DNA of 45,074 nt from a virus (Duplodnaviria; Caudoviricetes): positions 1 to 45,074 of IMG/VR virus record IMGVR_UViG_3300044674_002114; one strand, written 5' to 3'. The translations under genes were made by a program, and so were the position numbers. The notes beneath the pieces are model-generated. The model made no database searches, was not told where the DNA came from, and saw only the letters and a list, made by a program, of their open reading frames with translations. Shown here piece after piece: positions 25,990 to 36,386 of the stretch (position 1 is its first letter; each line of letters opens with the position of its first letter).

Positions 25990-27638
25990 TGGCTATGCCC
26001 CCGGTCGTAGGTAGTATCATATCCTTTGGCAGGGCCATACTGCCAGAGATGTTCACGGCAAAGACGCCGCCGATGCACTACGCCATCGAGGAGGCGCTCC
26101 TAGACCCGTTCAAGGAGAATATCAGCATCGTTGCCCCACGAGCCAGCGGAAAAAGCTCCGTAGCCGTGGAACTAAACGCGCTGCACCACCTGTTTTGCTA
26201 TGACAGATACCTCTACGAGATGGGACACGTCGACACCGGGGACATCACACCCCGATATGTCGTCATCATCAGCAAAACCCAACGAGAAGCCAAGGCTCGA
26301 CTCAATACCATCAAGCGAGTCCTCGGCCACGATGGATCTTATTCATCAAACTTTCGAAAAGTCTTCGGAAACTGGGGCGAAGATACCGCTTCTGTGTGGC
26401 AGGAAGACTTTATCCAGCTTAAAAACGGCTCTGCCGTCCGTGCTATCGGCATGCGCCAGCCCGGAAGGGGAATGAAAGCTGGTACGCAGCGTCCAACATT
26501 GTCTATTGTGGATGACGGCGAGGACGAAGAGAACACCAGAACGCCAGAAGCGCTGGAAAAAAACCTTCGCTGGCTAGAGCAGGTGGTGGTTCCGGCCATG
26601 ACGAGGACCGGATTTAGCAAGGTTGTGGTGATTGGGACGCCGATCAACACCGATTGTATGGTCGTAAAGCTGTTCGAGACGCCCGGGTGGCACTCCATGT
26701 GGTTCAAGAACCAGCCAGACCAGAAGCGGTCACTGTGGTGGAGTGAAGCGGAAAATGAGTGGCACTACTATAAAGACGTGCTGTGGCCAGATATTGAGCC
26801 AGCTGACAAGCTCCTGAGCCGAAAAGAGAAGCTAGAGGCCATGGGTCTCTTGTCATCCTTCTATAGGGAGTATTGTTGTGAGATCGTAGGGGACGAGGAC
26901 CAGATCTTCCTGCCAGAGTACGAGATGTATTACGAGGGTGAGTTGCGCTTCGATGAGTCAGAGCAGCCCTACATGCGCATTACAAAGCGATCATCACGCG
27001 GAAGCCAGACGCTAAGGGATCTAGACAAGCCACAGGAGTTTCCTGTTTCGGTAATTATGGCCGTCGACCCCGCTGCGTCGCAGAACGTCAGGGCTGACAA
27101 GACCGCAATAGCGGCTATAGCTGTCGACAAGTTCGACAACATGTACGTGTTACCCTATGTGCACGAAAGACTTATGCCGCACCAGATCATTGAGAAAATT
27201 GTCGGGCAGAACAAGATCTACAAGCCAGCACGTCTGGTGGTCGAGACAAGTGCGGCGTTTGGCTTCGTAACGGACTACTTGTGGAAGGATCACCGCATCC
27301 GTGCCATGACGGACAAACCAACACAAGCCAAGAAGGGAGAGGGTAGTCGACTCGAGGCGATGCAGCCGCTTATGAAGCAGGGTCGCGTCTGGATGATGAA
27401 GGACATGTCGGATCTAGCAGAGCAGTTCCGCATGTACCCAAGAGGCAAGGATGACCTTATTGACGCCCTAGAAAAAGCTATCCGATACCGCGTCAAGCCG
27501 CGACATAGTGAAATCGTTTACAACTATGTCGGATTTGACATAAACGCTGACCCATACGACCGTAGAAGCGCGTATGACAAAAGTAAGCATGGCAGCTACA
27601 ATGCTGGCAAGAAGGGGTTTGATCCTATGCTAGCATAA
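25989..27638 (+). CDS. terL: Terminase large subunit
   Basis: Walker A APRASGKS, Walker B IVDDGED, IGTP coupling motif, FYREY, nuclease motifs VDPAAS and DDLIDAL. Confidence 0.93.
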   Translation: MAMPPVVGSIISFGRAILPEMFTAKTPPMHYAIEEALLDPFKENISIVAPRASGKSSVAVELNALHHLFCYDRYLYEMGHVDTGDITPRYVVIISKTQREAKARLNTIKRVLGHDGSYSSNFRKVFGNWGEDTASVWQEDFIQLKNGSAVRAIGMRQPGRGMKAGTQRPTLSIVDDGEDEENTRTPEALEKNLRWLEQVVVPAMTRTGFSKVVVIGTPINTDCMVVKLFETPGWHSMWFKNQPDQKRSLWWSEAENEWHYYKDVLWPDIEPADKLLSRKEKLEAMGLLSSFYREYCCEIVGDEDQIFLPEYEMYYEGELRFDESEQPYMRITKRSSRGSQTLRDLDKPQEFPVSVIMAVDPAASQNVRADKTAIAAIAVDKFDNMYVLPYVHERLMPHQIIEKIVGQNKIYKPARLVVETSAAFGFVTDYLWKDHRIRAMTDKPTQAKKGEGSRLEAMQPLMKQGRVWMMKDMSDLAEQFRMYPRGKDDLIDALEKAIRYRVKPRHSEIVYNYVGFDINADPYDRRSAYDKSKHGSYNAGKKGFDPMLA

Positions 27639-27669
27639 GCCTTAGTTTACAGTATACAATCAGGGGCCT

Positions 27670-29982
27670 ATGTCATTTCCAGATATTGAGACAATCACGT
27701 CCGTAGAGACGAAGAGACCTCACCCGCAATCCGTCTTTGCGGACCATAGTGATATTGTAGTCGGAGCCAGCGACCGGAGCGAAGCCGAGGTCAACCAGCA
27801 GCTATACGAGTATGGCCGCGAAATGGCTCAGGACTGGATGGACAACATGGCCGTCGAGGGCGAAAGCCTGTATGCTGGCAACCACTGGACCGAGGAGCAG
27901 CGCAGCGCACTGCTAGCACGCGGCCAGATGCCAACAACGATCCAAGCTACGTTCCAGCTGACGGAACAGGCTGTGGACATGCTTACGGCAAACAACCCAG
28001 CTTTCCGTGCTACACCCGTAGAGGATAGCGACGTAGCGCTGGCAGCCGCATGGTCCGACTTGTTCTCGCACATGTGGTATCAGTCCCAAGGACAGCTTCA
28101 CATGAAGCAAATTGTACGGGACTCGTACGTACAAGGTCGCGGCGTAGCCTTCGTATATATCGATCCAAACAAGGACTCCGGCCGTGGAGAGGTTGTTTGG
28201 CGTGCCCTAGAGCCAAAAAGCGTATTTCCTGACCCCGAGTGCACCCACCCACTGTGGGACGACGCTGCTTGGGTCATCGTACGTACGCCAATGACGTACT
28301 ACCAGCTGCGCCAGATTGACGAGGAAGCGGCTGACCGACTAAAGGAAAAAAACACCGGGCGCATCCACGGCGACGAAGAGCCATGGGTTCGCACCCGCAG
28401 ACCGTCCCAGACAGGCGAAATCGGCCTTTCCGGCGACGCACCAGACGCTTATGCACGCGACAAGTACGAGGTGCTAGAGCGTTACGAGAAAATCAAAGTG
28501 CCGTATGTACGATTGTACAACCCTACCACAGGCACAGACAAAGTATTCCCGCTAGAAGAGATGGAAGCAGAGCTGGCGATGCCAGCCGTTATCATCGAGC
28601 AGCCCGGACAAGCCGTTACGATTACTACCGATCTGACGGAAATTGCGGGCCTTATGCAGGTTTACGAGCAGATTGGTCCCGAGCATCACCAGATGCAGGA
28701 TCCAGAGACGGGAGAGACCTATCAGATGCCCGGCCCACCCCACGAGGGCGCTGTACCGGGGTCTCACGTAATCCTTACGCCTACGTCTGTGGGCGTTCTT
28801 ATTGACATGGAGCTGCTCCCCGCTCCTGTCAACTATTACGAAACCCGTATTCGCCTCGTTATGTCTTGTGGCGACGAGATGATTACGGACCCCGTGGTAC
28901 TCCCGATCTCAAACTTCCCGGTTGTTCCGCTGCCAGCGTCCCACAACCGCACCCCGTTCCCAATGTCCGACGTTATGCGCGTTCGTGACATGCAGGACGT
29001 CATCAACAAGAGCCTTTCGCTCATCCTAGCCCACGCCGCTAACAGCACCAACATGAAGGTGTTCTACCCGGACGGCTCACTGATCGACGCAGACGACCTC
29101 GAGCAGCGCTGGGGCAAGGCTGGAACAGCGTTTATCCCCTACGACTCCGCATACGGAGGAGGCGGTGGAGCGCCCGGTGGTATTGTTATCGCATCGCCGC
29201 CGCCGCTGCCAAACGCCTTGTACGCCAACATGGACCGCGCATACCAGATCATGGAGCGCACCCTTGGCTTGTACTCGTTCCAAGAAGGAAACATTGCTGC
29301 TAGCCCACGCACGTATCGCGGCACGCTAGCAATCGACGAGATGGGCCAGCGCCGCATCAAAGGCAAGATGGACATGGTGTACTCTACACTGACCCGCATT
29401 GGCGAGGTTATGCGCGATTACGCCCAGTTCCACTACACTCAGGAGAAGGTTCTTCGTCTCGAAGCGCCATCCGGAGATATAACGACTACCATTATAAACT
29501 ACGACCGACCCGACGAGCTGGCTGGCAAGCTGAACGACATTGCATCCGGTCGTATCGACATTCGCATCCTTGGCGGCTCTACGCTGCCGAACAACCGCTG
29601 GGCCAAGCTGCAGGTGGATATGGAGATGTATTCCGCTGGAATCATCGACGACATCGCAGTTCTCAAGCACAGTGAGTTCCCGGATGCCAACCAGATTCTT
29701 GAGCGCAAGAGCATCTACTCGCAGCTACAGGGTGCTTTGCAGCAGTATCAAGATCAGATCAAAGGGCTTGAAGGAGACCTTCAGACGTGGCAGCGCGAGG
29801 CGCAGCATGCCAAGCAGAAAGCCGAGCTGGAGAAGTTCAAGGGCAAGCTCAATGACCTTCTTGGGTCCATCAAGGTTGATGCAGACAAGTTCAACTATGT
29901 GATGCGCGAGAAGCGCAAGCAGGAGCAGCAAATGCGGCAACAGATGGTATCGCAGCAGCAACAGCAACAACTTGAACAATAA
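27670..29982 (+). CDS. Portal protein (P22-like)
   Basis: Y.G.HWT......L..RGQ, VFPDP, FPVVP, V..V.D.QD.INK motifs and a C-terminal coiled-coil barrel; follows terL. Confidence 0.88.
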   Translation: MSFPDIETITSVETKRPHPQSVFADHSDIVVGASDRSEAEVNQQLYEYGREMAQDWMDNMAVEGESLYAGNHWTEEQRSALLARGQMPTTIQATFQLTEQAVDMLTANNPAFRATPVEDSDVALAAAWSDLFSHMWYQSQGQLHMKQIVRDSYVQGRGVAFVYIDPNKDSGRGEVVWRALEPKSVFPDPECTHPLWDDAAWVIVRTPMTYYQLRQIDEEAADRLKEKNTGRIHGDEEPWVRTRRPSQTGEIGLSGDAPDAYARDKYEVLERYEKIKVPYVRLYNPTTGTDKVFPLEEMEAELAMPAVIIEQPGQAVTITTDLTEIAGLMQVYEQIGPEHHQMQDPETGETYQMPGPPHEGAVPGSHVILTPTSVGVLIDMELLPAPVNYYETRIRLVMSCGDEMITDPVVLPISNFPVVPLPASHNRTPFPMSDVMRVRDMQDVINKSLSLILAHAANSTNMKVFYPDGSLIDADDLEQRWGKAGTAFIPYDSAYGGGGGAPGGIVIASPPPLPNALYANMDRAYQIMERTLGLYSFQEGNIAASPRTYRGTLAIDEMGQRRIKGKMDMVYSTLTRIGEVMRDYAQFHYTQEKVLRLEAPSGDITTTIINYDRPDELAGKLNDIASGRIDIRILGGSTLPNNRWAKLQVDMEMYSAGIIDDIAVLKHSEFPDANQILERKSIYSQLQGALQQYQDQIKGLEGDLQTWQREAQHAKQKAELEKFKGKLNDLLGSIKVDADKFNYVMREKRKQEQQMRQQMVSQQQQQQLEQ

Positions 29983-29988
29983 GGCACC

Positions 29989-30402
29989 ATGGCAAGCAGA
30001 ATTGATTACTCCGTAAGTGTAAGCCCCATCTACCTATACACAGGGGGGGAAGGCGCAGACGTTCACAGCATTGCCTCTGACTTTGGTAAGTCTTTTAGCG
30101 GTAGTGCGTCAGTAGCCTCTCCAACGTATACAAATGGTACTACGGGTACTACCACGCTTTCTGGTAGTGCAACCATTGCTACCACCCCTGCTAGCTGTAA
30201 GGGTATCTTTATTAAAAATACTGGCTTAGACACGAACAACGCGGCAACAACAGCAACTGTTACTGTTAGCGTTGGCGGCACTGACATCGCAGTCGTTGAG
30301 GCTGGCGGTGCGTTTTTCCTGCCATCACCCGTGTCTAGCACAGCATTTACCGGAGCCCCGTCATCTGGCACGGTAAAAGTAGAGTATGCGACCTTTGACT
30401 AG
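29989..30402 (+). CDS. Small beta-rich virion protein
   Basis: Thr/Ser/Gly rich, IFIKNTG motif, inside the head module. Confidence 0.45.
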   Translation: MASRIDYSVSVSPIYLYTGGEGADVHSIASDFGKSFSGSASVASPTYTNGTTGTTTLSGSATIATTPASCKGIFIKNTGLDTNNAATTATVTVSVGGTDIAVVEAGGAFFLPSPVSSTAFTGAPSSGTVKVEYATFD

Positions 30403-30440
30403 GGCGCTATAAAGCAGCAAAAACAACAAAAAGCAGCAAT

Positions 30441-31433
30441 ATGGCTATCGACCCGTTTAGCGACAATCCCCCAGAGGAAAACACTGGGAACCCAAATCCT
30501 ATCGATTTTATGGCTAACCAGCAAGCTCAGGCGCGGCAGGCTGGTGTCCACACTGAAACTGCAAATGCCGGGGCTCCTGAGGGACAACCCGATGGCTCGC
30601 AGTCGGCGGTTGAGCAGCAGAGTGTTGCTGCCACTACTGATGCTCAGCCGTCGTTTAATCTTCCCGAGGGCCTTGACGTTCAGGCTATTCCTGAGCACAT
30701 GGACGCCGAAACGGCGTACAACATGGCTCGTTACTGGCAGAGCGAGGCGTCCAAGGCTGCTAACGAACTCAAGTCAGCAAAGCAGCAGGGCGCACCACAG
30801 GCAGACGTAGCCGAGCTGGCTAGGCAGCTTCAGCAGGCCCAACAACAGCAGCAGGCAGTTGCCCAATCGACGACGCCTCAGGTCCAACAAGCGCCAGAGG
30901 CTGCGCCGGAACCGCCTGTTGTTCCGCAGATACCCGACGAGCCGTATGGCGACGAGTGGGATGACTATATCAAGGATGTGCACGCATACAATCAGGAGCT
31001 AGCAGAATACCAGACTAAGCTCCAGACCCACATGCAGCAAAACCTTGAGCAGAAAATCAAGGGCATCGAAGAATACACCAACAGCATGCGCGAGCAGCAA
31101 GAGATGCGCGAGGCTGTCACGGAGGTAAGTGCTAGATTCGGAATGAATCAGCAGGATGCCGAAAAATTTGTTCGTGACTTGGCTTCTGGCCAGCTTTTCC
31201 AAGATGTGGATTTGCTAGCAAAAGCCTATATTATGAACAACAACTCTTCAGCTACTAGCGTGCCAGACTCCGGATTGGATAATCTGCGCTCACAAGTTGC
31301 TGAGAGGAACGCGCAAGCGCAGCAGCAGCGGTTGCCAATGACACCTGCGGCACAAGGTGTGCCACAGGGACAAGTCTCAAAACCGGGACTGTTTACTGCA
31401 ACGTCCTCAAAAGCTCTTGACCCTTGGGGTTAA
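30441..31433 (+). CDS. Capsid scaffolding protein
   Basis: Acidic Gln/Pro-rich coiled coil with RYWQSEA.K, directly before the capsid gene. Confidence 0.7.
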   Translation: MAIDPFSDNPPEENTGNPNPIDFMANQQAQARQAGVHTETANAGAPEGQPDGSQSAVEQQSVAATTDAQPSFNLPEGLDVQAIPEHMDAETAYNMARYWQSEASKAANELKSAKQQGAPQADVAELARQLQQAQQQQQAVAQSTTPQVQQAPEAAPEPPVVPQIPDEPYGDEWDDYIKDVHAYNQELAEYQTKLQTHMQQNLEQKIKGIEEYTNSMREQQEMREAVTEVSARFGMNQQDAEKFVRDLASGQLFQDVDLLAKAYIMNNNSSATSVPDSGLDNLRSQVAERNAQAQQQRLPMTPAAQGVPQGQVSKPGLFTATSSKALDPWG

Positions 31434-31460
31434 GCGAGGACAAAATCATAGGATAAGAAC

Positions 31461-32804
31461 ATGTCTAAGAACTTCTCGTTCTCCGGCGTCCTCTGGACTG
31501 ACCGGACTGTGTTTTATCCGGAGCCGCAGCAGTATGCACAGCTCTACCCGTCTAGCACGCCGTTCCTCTCTGCAGCAATGGCACGTCTAGATGGTAGCGC
31601 TCCTACGCTGCCTTCTCCGGACTACAAGTTTTTCGAGCACCGTGCAGGATGGCGCTATCAGTTCTTCGATCTGAACGACGCTACTCCTCCGGCGTGGGCA
31701 AGCAATGGTGAGCCCAACGACACGCTTGACACTAATGTTACCCTCGACAACGCTACCGGCATTGTTGTGGATAGCTCGCTTATTGGATCTGTCTTCGAAG
31801 TATTTGCTTCTGACCTGACGACCTACAAAGGAACCGTTTTTGTTACGGCTGTTACCTCGGCTACGGAAATCACCGTCAAGTCGATGGGTAACCCTGCTAA
31901 CGCTAACGAGTACGTCTCGGCTCTTGCTGACGACGACCGTTTCTACATGGTAGGTAAAGCGTTTGGCGAAGAAACAACGGCTCCCGAAGCTGCTAACGAC
32001 GAGCTCGAAGTCGTGTACAACTCCTGCTTCCTTTCCCGCACCTCTGTAGAGATCGGTAAAACGTTGCAGCAGGCCGCACTTCGTGGCGAAACGGACGAGC
32101 TTGCTCGCCTTCGCACGCTCCGTGGCAACGACCACAAGATGAACATCGCTCGCGCCCTCTACTTCATGAACCGCCCCGGCGGTATCGGTGGAACGGCTCA
32201 CGGTGCTGGTGGTGGCACGGACTCGACGTTTGTTAATCACGTAACCGATGCCGGATCGAAGTCCGTACGCACGACGATGGGTCTCTTCCCAGCCATGCGT
32301 CGCTACGGTCGCACGAGCGGCAGCCAGCAGAACTACTGGGACCAGTCGAAAGCCAGCTTCACGTACAATACGTGGGTTGACATGACTGAGAAAATCTTCC
32401 AGTACGATGATGGCGAAATGAAAGAAGCCTATTGCGGCCCCGGTGCCCTCTCGCACTTCGCCAAAATCGGCTCCAGCGGTTTCGTTACGGCAGACGGCAC
32501 GAAAGAGCCTCTGAAGATCTCCGAAACGCGGACCAGCGCTATCGGCTTGAACTACAAAATTGTAGACACGCCGCACGGTGCTATCCGTCTGATCGCAGAT
32601 CCTCTGCTCCGTGGTACTCCGTACAACGACTCCATCCTTATCACGACGCCTTCGAACGTCTCTCTTGTTCGGTACGAGCCTAGCCAGTACCACACGAACA
32701 TCAAGACCGAGAACAACCCTCGTGTCATCAAGGATGAGTTCGTCGACTTCCTCGGCCTGAAACTCACGCTGATGGAATCGCACGCGCTGATTAACCTGAC
32801 CTAA
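31461..32804 (+). CDS. Major capsid protein
   Basis: P..TPFL, YKFFEHR, G.AF.E...P, HK..I.RAL, RTTMGL, TPHG, DE....GL...L.E.H pattern; strong codon bias; position after the scaffold gene. Confidence 0.85.
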   Translation: MSKNFSFSGVLWTDRTVFYPEPQQYAQLYPSSTPFLSAAMARLDGSAPTLPSPDYKFFEHRAGWRYQFFDLNDATPPAWASNGEPNDTLDTNVTLDNATGIVVDSSLIGSVFEVFASDLTTYKGTVFVTAVTSATEITVKSMGNPANANEYVSALADDDRFYMVGKAFGEETTAPEAANDELEVVYNSCFLSRTSVEIGKTLQQAALRGETDELARLRTLRGNDHKMNIARALYFMNRPGGIGGTAHGAGGGTDSTFVNHVTDAGSKSVRTTMGLFPAMRRYGRTSGSQQNYWDQSKASFTYNTWVDMTEKIFQYDDGEMKEAYCGPGALSHFAKIGSSGFVTADGTKEPLKISETRTSAIGLNYKIVDTPHGAIRLIADPLLRGTPYNDSILITTPSNVSLVRYEPSQYHTNIKTENNPRVIKDEFVDFLGLKLTLMESHALINLT

Positions 32805-32811
32805 TCAGGAT

Positions 32812-32864
32812 CGTAGACCGGGTGCAGGTCTGGAGCCAGTCTCCGGGCCTGCCCCGCGCCTACG
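32812..32864 (+). terminator. Long imperfect hairpin after the capsid gene (terminator or stabiliser)
   Basis: cgtag..cggg..gcaggtctggag / ctccgggcctgc..cccg..ctacg followed by gtgtgttt. Confidence 0.5.
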
Positions 32865-32896
32865 GTGTGTTTAACACCAATTAAACAAAGTGGCCA

Positions 32897-35551
32897 GTGG
32901 CAACAGTACAGCAAAGGGTAGAGCACTATATCGGCCTCAGCTTGGCCGCCTATAGTGATGAGCTTGCTCAGGTGCTCGATGACAGCGTGAAAGAAGTCAT
33001 CGGGCTTTTGCCATTGGATTCGCTTACTACGCTTTGGGAGGAGCTGACCGACAGCGGCAGCGGCGTTGATACCTCCAACAAGTTTATTGTAGAGGTTCGC
33101 AAGAATCTGTACCGTGCGCAGCAGATCAGTCCGAGCATGAGGACAACGGATGCTGCCAGCTCAACGCAACCCCTCTACTACTCTTGGCAGGGAAGCACCT
33201 ATGTTATCCCAAGCGGTGGCACTGTTCTGGTTGTCACGCCGCCAAGCATTGACCCGAGCGATACAACCGTGGCCAATGTGCCAGACTCGCTCATGCAGCT
33301 GTTTGTGCTGCGCACAGCGTTCAATATGCTTGCTGTGCTGGCAGCCAAGGAAAAAGAGGGCATAGATGTCGCCGTAACCTTGCCGACGGCTCCTACCGCC
33401 CCTGTTGCGCCAGCTATTGCATATACTTCTGCTTCCGAGTCAGATCCGTCCACTGTATCTATTGCAGCGCTCCCGGACGCCCCTGTGTACACGGAAGCTA
33501 CGCTAAACACTAGGCCGACAGCCCCGACGGTTGGCACGCTAGACCTTAGCAGTGTTTCTGTTCCTACTGCTCCGGATGCACCGACAGTTTCCTACACTGA
33601 TGCTGTTGCTGCCACCATTTCCGATACGACAGTAGCAGAACTGCCGTCCTTGCCAACTTATGGTATCTCGGCATTTGGGGGATCCCTGACGCTTCCGACT
33701 CTTCCCTCTCTGGACCTTACCACGGAGGCAGATGGAGTAACAGTCTTGGACCCTCCATCTGCTCCTAGCGCCCCATCTATTGCCCACATTAGTGCAAGCG
33801 CATCTAGTGTCGTTGCAAATACGCTTTCGGATCTTGGCACGGCCCCAACGTATAGCAAGCCCGTTTTTGGTGGGTCTTTGTCTATTCCAACGTTGCCAAC
33901 TCTGGATCTGGAGACAGAAATTGATGGAAGCACGCTGAAGTCGGTTCCGGCTGCACCGGCTGCACCTAGCTTTTCGTATGTAAACGCTACAAGCGCAACC
34001 ACCGCAGCTACAACTGTTGCCTCGTTAGGATCTGCCCCGACATACGTCAAGTCATCTGATCCTCTGGATCTTACGGAATACACCTCGTATGAGACTAACG
34101 AGGATCCGGAAATGATGCAGTCGATTCTGGCTCGTCTCAACACGGAGCTTTCCGAGCGCCAGACGGACATTCAGGACGAGACTGCTGACTTTCAGCGCCA
34201 GCTTGCAGAGTATCAGCAAGATGCCCAGCACAAGATTGAGCAGGCCCGCACAACGCTTCAGGAGGCCTTGGCAGATGCTAGGTCTTCTACGGATGTAGAT
34301 GTCCAGAACCAGCTGCGAGCATTTGAGGCGCAAGTACAAGAGTACCAGTCGGAGCTTTCCCGCTATCAGACTCAATTATCGGCGTACACGAGCGACACGC
34401 AGGCGCAGCTTGAGGAGTATCAGGCTGCCTTCCAAAACGCATTTTCAACATGGCGTGAGCAGCAGGCTCTGTACCTGCAGCAATATGCTCAGGATGTACA
34501 GAATGAGGCAAACGAGTTCCAGAAGGAGCTTGCTATCTACCAGCAGGATGCACAGCACAAGATTGAGCAGGTCAGGACAACGCTTCAGGAATCCCTGCAG
34601 GATGCACGTTTGTCGACAGATGTTGACGTTCAGAACAGGGCTCGTGAGCTAGAGGCTGCAATAGCTGATTTTCAGGCTGACGTGTCCGTGTTCCAGTCAG
34701 GGCTGCAGCGCTACGAGGCAGAGATTGCTCGTCAAGTGCAAACCTTCCAGCTAGAATATCAGAAATCCTTCGAGTCATGGCAGCAGCAGCAGGCTCTGTA
34801 CATGCAGAAATATCAGGCCGACATTGCTCAGAGCGGAGATTCTTTCCGTGGAGCCATGGAAGACCACCAGCTTGAGGTGCAGCGCATACTAGAGCAGTCT
34901 AGAATCGACGCAGACAAACTTGCTAGGCAGGCCCAGCTCGACACTGATACCTCTATCCAGAACGAGGCTAGGAATGCGGAGATCGCGCTTAGAAACTATG
35001 CAGAGTCGTTGAGCCTGTTTTCGCTCAAGACGCAGCTGTACACAGCCGAGATTGAAGCCAAGATACAGGAGTACGTAGCGGATCTAGATCGATCAATTCG
35101 TTTGTTTGAGGTTGAGATTTCTGGAGACGTCCAGAGATACCAAGCAGAGACGCAGAACGCTCAGGCTGTTTTCCAGAAGAACCTGTCGATCTATCAGGCC
35201 GCGCTTGAGAGAAACAACCTTCAGGCCCAGATCGCACGACAAGAGCAGCAGCAAATAGCCGCTCAGGCAACGGACGTTGATGTCGCCAACAAGGCTAGGG
35301 ATCTTGAGTCGCAAATAGCAGACTACCAAGCAGAGCTGGGTAGATACAGCAACCAGATTCAGGCTTATGCCCAGCAGGTTGCTGCGGTCATCCAGAAGCA
35401 AGGCGGCGACACGTCTGCCACCCGTGCAAAGGTTAGCCTTAAGGATGACGAGCGCCAGCGTCTTTCTAGGCAATACGAGGTTGCCCTACGCGCTTACAGA
35501 AAACAATACACCCACCGCCGTCCCATGACCGCATGGGCTCACGACTACTAG
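32897..35551 (+). CDS. Putative head-tail adaptor with Pro-rich and coiled-coil repeat extensions, 884 aa
   Basis: GTG start; adaptor position after the capsid gene; four Pro-rich units then four ~109-aa helical repeats. Confidence 0.5.
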   Translation: MATVQQRVEHYIGLSLAAYSDELAQVLDDSVKEVIGLLPLDSLTTLWEELTDSGSGVDTSNKFIVEVRKNLYRAQQISPSMRTTDAASSTQPLYYSWQGSTYVIPSGGTVLVVTPPSIDPSDTTVANVPDSLMQLFVLRTAFNMLAVLAAKEKEGIDVAVTLPTAPTAPVAPAIAYTSASESDPSTVSIAALPDAPVYTEATLNTRPTAPTVGTLDLSSVSVPTAPDAPTVSYTDAVAATISDTTVAELPSLPTYGISAFGGSLTLPTLPSLDLTTEADGVTVLDPPSAPSAPSIAHISASASSVVANTLSDLGTAPTYSKPVFGGSLSIPTLPTLDLETEIDGSTLKSVPAAPAAPSFSYVNATSATTAATTVASLGSAPTYVKSSDPLDLTEYTSYETNEDPEMMQSILARLNTELSERQTDIQDETADFQRQLAEYQQDAQHKIEQARTTLQEALADARSSTDVDVQNQLRAFEAQVQEYQSELSRYQTQLSAYTSDTQAQLEEYQAAFQNAFSTWREQQALYLQQYAQDVQNEANEFQKELAIYQQDAQHKIEQVRTTLQESLQDARLSTDVDVQNRARELEAAIADFQADVSVFQSGLQRYEAEIARQVQTFQLEYQKSFESWQQQQALYMQKYQADIAQSGDSFRGAMEDHQLEVQRILEQSRIDADKLARQAQLDTDTSIQNEARNAEIALRNYAESLSLFSLKTQLYTAEIEAKIQEYVADLDRSIRLFEVEISGDVQRYQAETQNAQAVFQKNLSIYQAALERNNLQAQIARQEQQQIAAQATDVDVANKARDLESQIADYQAELGRYSNQIQAYAQQVAAVIQKQGGDTSATRAKVSLKDDERQRLSRQYEVALRAYRKQYTHRRPMTAWAHDY

Positions 35552-35560
35552 GATAAAACC

Positions 35561-35866
35561 ATGGCAGAACTACACTTGAACCGTCTGACCGAAAAAGAGG
35601 CGCTCAACCTTATGGTTGGGGGCATTGGATTCAAGCGGCTTACTGCTGGCACTTATGTTGCTGGCACGACAGCCGGTCACGAAGACGTCACCGAGTACGT
35701 GCTCATCAAGGCCAAGAACGCTAACGCTACCTACGGAACTGGTTGCGTTGCTGCTATTGGCGATGCCCCTGCTAACGCAGACGTTATTACTCAGGACGAA
35801 GTAGACGCCCAGCGCCTCACGACCCTCGTGGTGGCAAGCGGTGTTGTCTACGCCTACTACGTATAA
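35561..35866 (+). CDS. Small virion protein
   Basis: Beta-rich, ends SG.V.AY; within the structural operon. Confidence 0.5.
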   Translation: MAELHLNRLTEKEALNLMVGGIGFKRLTAGTYVAGTTAGHEDVTEYVLIKAKNANATYGTGCVAAIGDAPANADVITQDEVDAQRLTTLVVASGVVYAYYV

Positions 35867-35868
35867 GC

Positions 35869-36180
35869 TTGAAGACAATAAGCGAAAAAGCACTCCTTGA
35901 CCTGAACTTTACTCCGGTCGTAGACACAACGTCAACCACCATCGGCGCATACGTGACGCCGGAGGCTGGTGGCTCGTCTACGCTTTTGGGTACAGTGACC
36001 GGAGGGGCAGCTGATACAGAGTACACGATTACCTGTGACTTCGACGGGCTGACCGTAGATACGGTTTACCACCTAGAGGTAATTGCTGACGTGGCTGGTA
36101 CTAACCCTATCGTGCTACTGCCAGACGATAATTCAGGGCGACCCATAAGAATCAAAGTAGCAAACATGCAGGCGTTCTAA
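35869..36180 (+). CDS. Small Ig-like virion protein
   Basis: TTG start; beta-strand pattern; TAATG overlap downstream. Confidence 0.5.
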   Translation: MKTISEKALLDLNFTPVVDTTSTTIGAYVTPEAGGSSTLLGTVTGGAADTEYTITCDFDGLTVDTVYHLEVIADVAGTNPIVLLPDDNSGRPIRIKVANMQAF

Positions 36181-36386
36181 TGGCCGTAATGGTTTCAGAC
36201 TACAACTGGGACGCCAGTGGGACATCCGATTGGTATTGGGATCCTACTGGCGTTTCTGATTATAACTGGGGCGCCAGCGGGGTGTCCGAATGGTATTTCC
36301 AAGAGTCTGATGCTATACAATTTCTCCCATCGGATGCCAGTGATTTCGTAACTTCTAATGGGTTCAGACTATACGTACTTAGCTAA
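36180..36386 (+). CDS. Small Trp/Asp repeat protein
   Basis: 10-aa period SDYNWDASGT/SDWYWDPTGV/SDYNWGASGV/SEWY; coupled at both ends. Confidence 0.6.
   Translation: MAVMVSDYNWDASGTSDWYWDPTGVSDYNWGASGVSEWYFQESDAIQFLPSDASDFVTSNGFRLYVLS

Noticed and set aside
31587-32783. 398-aa antisense ORF
   Set aside because: It mirrors the capsid gene codon for codon and is explained by that gene's strong codon bias; the composition is not protein-like
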